Part shown: piece after piece, positions 55,314 through 64,000 of the stretch
Layout of the letters: each line of letters begins with the position of its first letter
How positions within the stretch are numbered: the first letter of the stretch is position 1
Assembly: GCA_023334545.1 (NCBI GenBank)
Contig: JAADVB010000048.1
Coordinates: 29,397 to 93,396, forward strand
DNA: 64,000 nucleotides
Origin: Salisapilia sapeloensis CBS 127946
Taxonomy: Eukaryota > Protista > Oomycota
Direction: 5' to 3'
The notes under the pieces: generated by a model
Told to the model about the DNA's origin: nothing
Seen by the model: the letters and a program-made list of their open reading frames with translations, nothing else
Database searches by the model: none
Made by a program: the position numbers and the translations under genes

Positions 55314-56684
55314 ATGTCTAGACGTCAGCTTAAAAACACGAGCATGGGTAGCAACGAAGTGCTGACGATCGACCAGCTTCGCCACCAGGATGACTGGGTC
55401 CTCGACACGGAGCGCTATCGATGCCACGTCTGCACGAGAAACTTCACCCGCTTCCGTCGCAAGCATCACTGCCGAAAGTGTGGAGAGGTCGTCTGCGGTA
55501 ACTGTACGCTCAAGAAGGAGGCCGAGCTCCCTGTCATCGGACGCTCCCTCGTACGTGTCTGCATGTCCTGCATCCTCTCGCACTCGAACAACCCACCGCC
55601 GCCGGCCGCCCCCGTCGCCACGGTATCCACGGACTCGCAGTCGCCAGCCCACGCCGACGAACAGGCGCCCCCGGCGCAGCATTGGGATGCCAAGAACTTC
55701 CAGTCGCCCACGGGCAACTCGGACAACGATTCCAACTATGGCAAAGACTTTGGTCAATCCGACTTTGAGTACAAGCTTGATTTCAACTGGGACCACCCAT
55801 GGCCGAAGCCGCCGGTCGTCCCGGACGAGCAGGAGCGATTGGAAGTGCTCCGGACGTTTGACATCATGGACACGCCGAATGAAGACGTGTTCGACATTAT
55901 CTGTGATCTAGCATCGAATGCGCTCAAGAGCCCCATCGCCGCCGTCTCGCTCTTGGACGAAGATCGTGAGTGGTTCAAAGCTAGCGTTGGCCTCGCACAA
56001 AATGAAGTCCCTCGCTCCGTGTCTTTCTGTGCTCATGCGATTATGAGCAAAGAGCCCATGGTCGTAATGGACACGTTGCAGGACAAGCGTTTTGCCAAGA
56101 ACCCGCTAGTCACGGGTGCTGCCAAGATCCGGTTCTACGCCGGTGCACCGATCTGTACACCGTCTGGCCACTTACTCGGCACGGTGTTCGTGTTCGACAC
56201 GCAGCCACGTACTACGTGCGACATTGCGACGCTCGAAAAGCTGAGCAACGTTGCCATGAAGAACTTGGAAGACCGTAAGAATGCCGTCAATGCGCCGGAT
56301 GAAGACGCAGGTGAAGCGCATCAGACGGAAGCTGCCAATGGGCATGCGCAGGAAGGCCAGTCGTCGTCTGCCAATGGTCTTGGCGACGGACAGAGCTCGG
56401 CAGGATGGAACATGGCTAACCATGTCGTGGACTCGAGTGTCATGCAGGCGGCGGAGACGCAGGAATTGGTCGCGGCCAACATGGGCGATGGTCAGGTGAC
56501 CGCCGGCCCCAAGATGGAGACGATGCTGATGGACTTGCTGTGTCGTACGACAGAGACGCAGCAGCAGCTGGCGACCCAGCAGGGCGCCATGTTCCAGACA
56601 CTAGGACAGCACACGGCGGACATTGACCGCCTTGCAACTGCAATTACGCGCATGGAGGCTAAGTTGGACACCATGTCCGAATAA
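55314..56684 (+). CDS. FYVE zinc finger + GAF domain protein
   Basis: WVLD, RRKHHCR and RVC FYVE signature; GAF EQERLEVL..DT..FD..SLLD..WFKA..SFCAHAI..NPLV..RFYAGAP. Confidence 0.92.
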   Translation: MSRRQLKNTSMGSNEVLTIDQLRHQDDWVLDTERYRCHVCTRNFTRFRRKHHCRKCGEVVCGNCTLKKEAELPVIGRSLVRVCMSCILSHSNNPPPPAAPVATVSTDSQSPAHADEQAPPAQHWDAKNFQSPTGNSDNDSNYGKDFGQSDFEYKLDFNWDHPWPKPPVVPDEQERLEVLRTFDIMDTPNEDVFDIICDLASNALKSPIAAVSLLDEDREWFKASVGLAQNEVPRSVSFCAHAIMSKEPMVVMDTLQDKRFAKNPLVTGAAKIRFYAGAPICTPSGHLLGTVFVFDTQPRTTCDIATLEKLSNVAMKNLEDRKNAVNAPDEDAGEAHQTEAANGHAQEGQSSSANGLGDGQSSAGWNMANHVVDSSVMQAAETQELVAANMGDGQVTAGPKMETMLMDLLCRTTETQQQLATQQGAMFQTLGQHTADIDRLATAITRMEAKLDTMSE

Positions 56685-56974
56685 AGAAAGAGGCTTCTCA
56701 ACCTTTGTGGCTTCGTCTCTTGGAAGAAGTGCGTCGTCTGTAGTTGTATAAAGTGTGCGGTGTGGCCTGGATAGAGGGATTCGCTTTTTTTCATTCCGTT
56801 TTTACTCTTTCTCTTTCGTTTCGAATGCAACTTGGAGATCACGTTCTTTCGTTTTGTTTGTCTTTTCTTTCGTCTTCGTCTTGATAGGTTGTGCGTCGGT
56901 TGCTTGAAGATGTAACGCATATACAGAGTAAATACGGTAGATTGTGTCATAACGTACTGAATCGCATCAGGAAG

Positions 56975-59900
56975 ATGGCGATGAATGGGCGGATGAAGGA
57001 GTATCGGTACTACTTGAGTAGTAGTGTAAATGCAAACATCCTCATACGCCTCTCCCTCGTGGAGCTATCACCGCCAGATATGGATGGCAAAGGTGCTCCA
57101 AAAACGATTGAAGAGCTTACGCAGCCGGTGCAGTCGCTACGACTTGCGGCGAACCAAACGGACCACTTGCGCAATACATCTCTGAGTGAGATCTTTGTGA
57201 CAGCACAGATCTTCTCCGATGGACTAGCTCTCCATCCGATGCTCATCAGGTACGTTATTCATTCGACATACAGATAGGAACGTATCTCATCTACTCTATC
57301 TCTAGTTCCCAAGCTCCTTATAAATGCAGTGAAACAACCATCTACTGGAAAGATGAGTGGCTAAACTTTCCTGTTCGATATCGAGATCTATCACGTCGAT
57401 CTGTCGTCGCGCTTACGATTTGGGGAGTCGGTTGGGTCCCGCTCGCAGGCACCACTCTCCCATTCTTCTCCAAGCACGGCCTCCTCCGAGACGGTTTACA
57501 GTGTCTCCGATTGTGGGATGGCGTAGAAGCCGACCCGTCTAGCACAGACTCGACGACACCGTTTGAAGTGGATGATGAATGGTCCTACGACGAGTCCTAT
57601 CGACTCGACAAACTTCGTGAAAAGTACGAACGGAAGCAGATTCCGAGGAACGAGTGGATGGATGGCGTCACCGACCGTCGTATCGGCCGTATCCGAAGGG
57701 GAAGTGAGCCTCCAGGAAAAGGCGAAGCCTACGCTCCCTTCTGTACATACCGTCAAGACCCGTTGTTATGGCTGGAGCTACCGTACTTTGGCGACACGGT
57801 CGTGTACGAAGAAGAGCCTTACTCCCAACGCACACTCTCATCCTACAATAGCGAGCCAGGTCAGAAACGGCAGACTGCGTACGGCAGCTCGTCGTCCCTT
57901 TCGACTTCGACCAACGCGATGCAGGTAGGTCACTCGGACGAGCCAACTCCATCCACGCCCACTCCCCTAGTAACTGCTCGATCGGCACCAAAGGACTCTC
58001 AAGAAAGCAGCAAGTCAAAGCCTCTTATCTGTGTGTGGGATCCAGAGCTAAACGAAGACAATCCGGCTGAACGCAAGTACCGGAAACTGGCTCGAGACAT
58101 TTTACGTGGGTCCATCGATCCGAACCTCAAGCCGAGTCGAGATGAGAAAGCAAAGATTGAGACGCTGTTGGCGACACCAACTGACATTCTCAGGAACGAA
58201 GACAAGGATCTATTGTGGAAGTTCCGATACACATTGACGGATAATAAGAAGGCTGTGATCAAATTCCTTCTCAGTGTCGATTGGAAGGAAGAACCGGAGG
58301 TGAACCAGACGACCGAGTTGTTGCAACAATGGTGTGAAATCGACATTGCAGATGCCTTGCGACTGCTCGGTCGAGAGAAAGAATTCAAGCATGAAGCTGT
58401 GCGTAACTTTGCCGTGTCCACCTTGTCGAAAGCATCGAACGACGAGCTGCTTGACTTTTTACTTCAGCTCGTGCAGGCGTTGCGGTATGAAAAGCCTGGG
58501 AGCGTGGCCTCGAACGCTAACTCGCGTCCGATGAATGGAGGTGACGAGCCGAGTGGAGATGAGCCTGTGTGGCAGGACCAACTCGGACCTCTTGCTCGTT
58601 TTTTGATCCAACGGTCCAGTACGAACTTCCAAATGGCCAACTACGTCTACTGGTATCTTAAGGTAGAATCGCAGGACTTCCAGCGAGACGAGTCGGTCTT
58701 TCGACTGGTGCTGGATCGGATGCTGGAAGAGCTTCGATCAGACGAAGAGAAGAAACCTATTTACGACATGCTCATGGCTCAACGCGAGTTCCTTGAAAGG
58801 CTGCTGGCGTTCCATAACAAGGCTAGAGAAGACAAGGGGAAGAAGGATAAGAAGGAGGAGAAGCTCAAGCAGTACTTGAAGCAGTTTCCATGGGGCAAGA
58901 ATGTTATCATCCGCCTGCCACTCGATCCGACGGTCCACCTGAGTGGCATCGTCGCGTCTTCTGCCAAAATGTTTAAGAGTGCCATGTACCCCGCTGTTAT
59001 TCAGTTCCAGACCGTCCAGCCGCCACAGGAGGCTGCACAGGATGAAGAAGCTGCTCGAGAACCGAACACGAATTCGAGTCAACATGGTAATCCTCTGTCC
59101 CAGTCGACGCTGTTTAACATGAACGAGTCAGCGCTGTTGCGAGAGTCACTGTCATCTAGGATGATCCACTATTTGAATAGAGAGAAGGAAGGACCTCCGT
59201 ACAAGGTCATGGTGAAGAATGGAGATGACCTTCGACAGGATCAATTGATCATGCAAATGTTCATTCTGATGGATCGTTTGCTTAAGAAAGTGAATTTGGA
59301 TCTACAGCTCACACCCTATCGTATCCTTGCGACTGGTACGAATGACGGTATGATGGAGTTTGTCCAGCACTCGTTCCCCATGTCGTACGTTGTGGAGAAA
59401 TTCCCACAGCCACAAGTACTCAACTTCTTACGAAAGCATAATCCAGACGCTAGTAGCCGTGATAACGTTTCCACTGAAGCTATGAACACGTACGTCAAGT
59501 CGACTGCAGGCTACTGTGTCGTGACGTACCTCTTGGGTATCGGTGACCGGCATCTTGATAACTTGATGATGAAGTCGGACGGACACTTGTTCCATATCGA
59601 CTTTGGCTTCATCTTTGGTGCAGACCCGAAGCCGTATCCGCCACCTTTCCGACTGACGAGGGAAATGGTAGAGGGTATGGGTGGCGTTGACAGTGAGCAC
59701 TATCTCAAGTTCATCACGTACTGCTGTCAGGCGTACAATTGGTTGCGTAAGAGTGCTGATTTGATCTTGAACTTGCTGAGCTTGATGGCAGATGCTGGCA
59801 TTGAAGAGCTGTCGACGGACCCGAAGACGACGTTGCAAAAGGTGCAGGAGCGATTTAGGCTGGACTTAACAGATGAGCAGGCAGAACACTTTTTCCTAAG

Positions 59901-59979
59901 TCTCATCTACGACAGTTCGACGGCCAAGGCCCCTGTGCTCATGGATATGCTGCATAAATTAGCGACGAACTTGAAGTAA
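56975..59979 (+). CDS. VPS34: Class III phosphatidylinositol 3-kinase Vps34 (2 exons)
   Basis: C2 exon (VTAQIFSDG), ENPAERKYRKL, helical domain LLQLVQALRYE, KNGDDLRQD, YLLGIGDRHLDN, HIDFGFIFG, DPKPYPPP; intron about 57251-57305. Confidence 0.95.
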
Positions 59980-60078
59980 GTACCGACTGGGAGATCATGT
60001 AGTTTGCGCGTGAATACATGTTCGTTTTACGGTAGAGTCGAGATTGTTTATATTCTTCTTTCTTGCTGCATCGTACGA

Positions 60079-60918
60079 CTACGACCGAAACGCCTTTTGA
60101 TTGCTCAAGATAGCAGTGTTCGCCTCACGAAAGTCCTCGTACACTTGGAAACTTTCAGTAGATGATGAATAGGGGCTGTGACTATAGTACTCTTGCGCTC
60201 GATGATCGATGATCTGGTTCAGTCTTAGCGGCCGTCGTAGACCTTTTGAGGGACCTACTTGATCGCACAAAGGACTCTTTCCTGGTGATTGCATGGGTTT
60301 AAAAGAAGATCTAGACTTGAACTTTCCAGTACTTGAAGACAGTTTTTTCGACTTTGGTCTTGCCGACGGCGGCGAAATCTGAGGAAACGCTGAAGAGCTA
60401 GATACTGGCAAGGTGGAACCTTTTGGAAATCGATTCTGAAGCATATTTTGGACATTGATGGCAGCACATATATGCTCCAATTCCTTTTTGTAGCTTGGAG
60501 CGTGAAGTTTTTCAATAGCTTCTGGTACATTGCCCAAATTCTCTACCAAGGCACAATATGCAATCGACTCCGAGATAAACGGCACTCCTGCTCTGATGCG
60601 AGCTATACAGCGGTACAACGTAGATCTAGACTCGAACAGATCACAACCGATATCGAGCATTTGCTGCCAGTGACTAACTGTAGAAAGCTCATCTGTCATA
60701 TAGCCGATACGATGGTATTTCTCCATCATCTTAGCTTGATGTATTTGTACACTGTCATCAATTTCACGACAGCCTTCGTTTTGGGAACTTGCATGTCGAC
60801 TTACAGAGCGAGTTCGTGTACTCGTCGATGATGGATATGTGCATTTCCGAAGGCGAAGTTGCAATTGCCTCAGCTTATCCAAAGCTTCCATTTTTCTTAA
60901 TTCAAAGGTGCTTTGCAC
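60079..60918 (-). CDS. Hypothetical protein with UBA-like helical segment (5' end unresolved)
   Basis: 279-codon ORF; ISESIAYCALVENLGNVPEAIEKL resembles a UBA-like triple helix. Confidence 0.45.
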   Translation of the reverse strand: MQSTFELRKMEALDKLRQLQLRLRKCTYPSSTSTRTRSVSRHASSQNEGCREIDDSVQIHQAKMMEKYHRIGYMTDELSTVSHWQQMLDIGCDLFESRSTLYRCIARIRAGVPFISESIAYCALVENLGNVPEAIEKLHAPSYKKELEHICAAINVQNMLQNRFPKGSTLPVSSSSAFPQISPPSARPKSKKLSSSTGKFKSRSSFKPMQSPGKSPLCDQVGPSKGLRRPLRLNQIIDHRAQEYYSHSPYSSSTESFQVYEDFREANTAILSNQKAFRS

Positions 60919-61256
60919 TCCAGTTTAGCTGTCTGGCAATACAAGTGTACTGTGTCGATGCTGGCAAAACTGCAAGTAAGATTTTCATGACTATCTATTT
61001 CGTTCCGACTTCATGTTCTGGTCTGTTCATGTCATCTGAACGGCTTCATGCTCTGATCCACCACATTCACCTCTTCTAAGACCTTGAAGGGCAAGTCATA
61101 GTACTTATTCCTTGAGGGTACAGATCAAGACAGATTGATAAAACACGTTTGAATTTCTCGTAAGTATATCACTCCGTTGAATATCCAACTTTTACAAGCA
61201 TGGATACAAATTTAGCTGCTACACTTTTAGTTTTAACCTGGAGAAGACAACAATCG

Positions 61257-62693
61257 CTATTCCTGGATGAGAGGCTTGTATTCTTTATAATTTCTTCTTG
61301 AATACGATTGATGGCGGAAAATCGATATGAAGGCTGCAGTAACGGCTACATTGCACAATGCCCAGTTGATATAAAGCTGTAACTCAGGATGTAAACCCGA
61401 TGCACCACACCACCATGCCAATGCAGCTCCAACTGCCTGGAACCCCTTATAGGCCCCAGCAAGTACGGCACAAAAGGAAGGGTTTCGCTGTCCAATAAAG
61501 CCCATGTACCAATAGATCCAAACTTGGCAGACAGCATCTGCGCAACCGTACAGCAAAAACGCAAGGAATGGCCCGACGAACATATTAAAGTGCTCGAAGA
61601 CATCGATATTTAACCGCGTTCCGTTCGAGATGCTAAGAGCATGCACTTGAAGGAACCAAGCTAGCACCCATATTATATTAGAGAAGATGGCGACACTAGT
61701 CAAGGAGAATTTGGCGGCCATCAACTCCCCATCCTGTTGTGCATTGTGCATTGTAGTAAATGAATCGAGCCAACTCCCCATAACACTTGCAGTAACAGTT
61801 TGGGAAAACCAATAAAAGGCGCTGGCAAGTCCAGACGTGCGTGAATTGAAGACGCTCACATTGAAAAGCGAATGATATGTATAGAACCAGTTGCTATAGA
61901 AGAAGATTGGAACTAAGCAAATGAGCTCCATCGCCTCTGCGGACATCACGAATGATACGAATCGATTGCGAAGAAGAATGGCTGATTCTACGAAGGAAGG
62001 GCTTTCTGTTATGCTCGGGGTATTTCCCCTTAGACGTGTTTGGGACACCACAAACGTTCCGTCGCTTTTTAGGACACGCGTGGGTGGGGCAATTTGAAAG
62101 ATTGCTACGATCGCCCCGATGCTCATCAATATGAGGAATGCAGTATACATTCCACTGGAAGCATAGGCTTGGTTGACATTGTTTTCAAAATTCATCATAA
62201 AGCTCAGCAGCCCTCCACACATCCCACCGAGATTAAATACAATCCAGAACGTGCTTAAATATCTGCCCTGATTCGTCTCGGTTGCGTAGCTCATAATCAT
62301 CTGACCTTGGGCCGTCCAAAGAAAGCCTGCGGAAACACCGAGCACGACGCAGCCGCCATAATAAATTGGCAATTGGAAGAAGGCTGCAACGGTGAGGTTC
62401 CATAATGCTACACCGTACCATATATATCCTATGGACCCAAAGATCAGAGCGGAGCGCACGTCGGTAATGTGCGTCAGCATGCTTGCAGCAATGCCGCTTG
62501 AACTCGCCAAGAAGATGTAAATAATAGCATTCCCCCGATATGCTAGCGTTGGGTCATCCAGACCACTCGCAAACGAGCTCAGAGCATTGAACATCCCAGG
62601 ACAACAAAAACATATTACAGACACAGCCAAGATTTGCCCATATGCACCTACAAATCGGTCATGTCCATGCTCAGACTCGATCACTGCGTTCAT
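61257..62693 (-). CDS. UNC-93-like MFS membrane protein
   Basis: FCCPGMFNALS, GVSAGFLWTAQG, GRYLSTFW, YSNWFYTY, YKGFQAVGAALAW; multi-TM. Confidence 0.88.
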   Translation of the reverse strand: MNAVIESEHGHDRFVGAYGQILAVSVICFCCPGMFNALSSFASGLDDPTLAYRGNAIIYIFLASSSGIAASMLTHITDVRSALIFGSIGYIWYGVALWNLTVAAFFQLPIYYGGCVVLGVSAGFLWTAQGQMIMSYATETNQGRYLSTFWIVFNLGGMCGGLLSFMMNFENNVNQAYASSGMYTAFLILMSIGAIVAIFQIAPPTRVLKSDGTFVVSQTRLRGNTPSITESPSFVESAILLRNRFVSFVMSAEAMELICLVPIFFYSNWFYTYHSLFNVSVFNSRTSGLASAFYWFSQTVTASVMGSWLDSFTTMHNAQQDGELMAAKFSLTSVAIFSNIIWVLAWFLQVHALSISNGTRLNIDVFEHFNMFVGPFLAFLLYGCADAVCQVWIYWYMGFIGQRNPSFCAVLAGAYKGFQAVGAALAWWCGASGLHPELQLYINWALCNVAVTAAFISIFRHQSYSRRNYKEYKPLIQE

Positions 62694-63392
62694 GCTCGTA
62701 TCTGTTGTTTCAGGTTAGTGTGGTGTGGAGTAAATACATTGTATCATATCTGTGTATAACTTCACTCTGATACTCGCAGGATCTACTACGACTTCTCGCA
62801 TTACAAAGAATATTTCTGCATTTCTTGCTAACGCTGTTACTGAATGCTGAACAGAATCGTGTGCCGGTGTTTTGCCACCAGAATACAAGAAATCAACATT
62901 AGATTATTTGCCGATAACTTGCAAGCTACGTCGACATATCCAGTCGATCAGCGAAGGGTCCTAACACAGTAGTTCAATAGGCAATGTGCATCCGCCTAGA
63001 AACGCATTATACTGTATTAAGCATACTGGCACACGAATTATGTGCATTCTAGTAATGAAAATGCAGATCTAGTTTGTTTCTAATTGTGATTGCCTTCACC
63101 ATTGAATGCAATCCAAGTCCATCTCACGGTCCTAACGGAGCGTTTATGATCACCCGCAACGATGACCAAATAGAGTGCAAGGAAACAAGTTGGTTGCGTT
63201 TTTTGTCTTACAATCCAATGTTTGAGTACAGCAAATCTAGTATGTAGTATTCGAAGACGTATATTGTACATCTTGCAACATTTCGGTTTGCCTTACAAGT
63301 ATTTTTATATTAAGCAATTTCTATGTCTTGTGATCAAATTTGCTCTAAGTAGATGACAACCGCGAATCCGTGCTTTATGAACTTGTGCGACC

Positions 63393-64000
63393 TCATTTGA
63401 TGCAGCCGGTACACCCTCGGCCAAGACAAAAACTGGCGTGAACTGCGGCATGGTCGGAAACTGAATAACCACCAAAAGTGTCAGTGATAATCCCTCCTCC
63501 CAATAGACACGAGTTTTGATCTTTGCGGGCCAAAATGTAGTCCAGCTTCGAACCAATGGGTCTTTTTCCGTACGAACCACCAATATACGTAGGTCCTCCA
63601 GCACCAGCAGCCGTGAGGGACTGGTATAACTTTATTGGCGTTTTACGACCATTATGCTTATACTCCCCACGTAAGTACCTAATTGATCCTTCCTCAGGTG
63701 GAGCATTTAGATCTCCAGTCATAAAGACAGCGTCCTTGCTTGAACAAATATCCTTCAGGCGATCGGCGACCAAAACGGAGGATTCGAGATGACGACGATT
63801 AATGTCATAGTGAGTGTTGAGGAGGCAAACGACCGATCCGCTTCCAATATCCAAAAAACGAGCAACCGTTGCTACGCGACGGTATTCAAGTCCCCATCCG
63901 TTGGAGCCCAAAGACTCCGGCGTGTCACTCTGTAAATTGCAAGGTTTCCATGTCAATAATGAGTATACGCACTGAAAGTAGTAAGGAAGCTTACCAAAGC
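63393..64000 (-). CDS. Endonuclease/exonuclease/phosphatase (EEP) domain protein, 3' part (5' end outside window)
   Basis: LNTHYD, MTGDLNA, KLDYIL and SDH motifs. Confidence 0.8.
   Translation of the reverse strand, partial: FGKLPYYFQCVYSLLTWKPCNLQSDTPESLGSNGWGLEYRRVATVARFLDIGSGSVVCLLNTHYDINRRHLESSVLVADRLKDICSSKDAVFMTGDLNAPPEEGSIRYLRGEYKHNGRKTPIKLYQSLTAAGAGGPTYIGGSYGKRPIGSKLDYILARKDQNSCLLGGGIITDTFGGYSVSDHAAVHASFCLGRGCTGCIK

Noticed and set aside
1-64000. Alternative genetic code, programmed readthrough, CRISPR array, rRNA, intact transposon
   Set aside because: TAA, TAG and TGA all end conserved genes at the expected places; every frame break I examined in conserved genes is explained by a short GT-AG intron; no spaced direct repeats or transposase/RT motifs seen.

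Overview
Gene-dense eukaryotic nuclear DNA with short GT-AG introns (mostly about 50-85 nt), standard genetic code and about 31 protein-coding genes. I found no rRNA, tRNA, CRISPR array or intact mobile element. An oomycete origin is inferred from a near-perfect Inr/FPR core promoter motif, FYVE-GAF and GPCR-TKL kinase fusions, a stand-alone ATCase and a radial-spoke gene. Housekeeping genes include three ribosome-biogenesis DEAD-box helicases (DDX24, DDX54, DDX52), MRD1/RBM19, P5CS, ATCase, ZIP11, an ABCB6/HMT1-type transporter, an UNC-93-like transporter and Vps34. The most unusual items are: (1) an Arb2/FAM172-like pseudo-hydrolase + atypical FYVE + AGC kinase fusion; (2) the PI3P-making Vps34 gene directly behind a canonical FYVE + bacterial-type GAF gene; (3) an annexin with a roughly 480-aa Pro/Gln/Tyr/Gly tail at the C-terminus rather than the N-terminus; (4) a C53/CDK5RAP3 lacking its sAIM-bearing disordered linker; (5) a FANCB-like gene; (6) a metallophosphoesterase with non-canonical motif residues. 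All assignments are motif recognition by eye. Exon structures are manual GT-AG reconstructions, and no database search was run.
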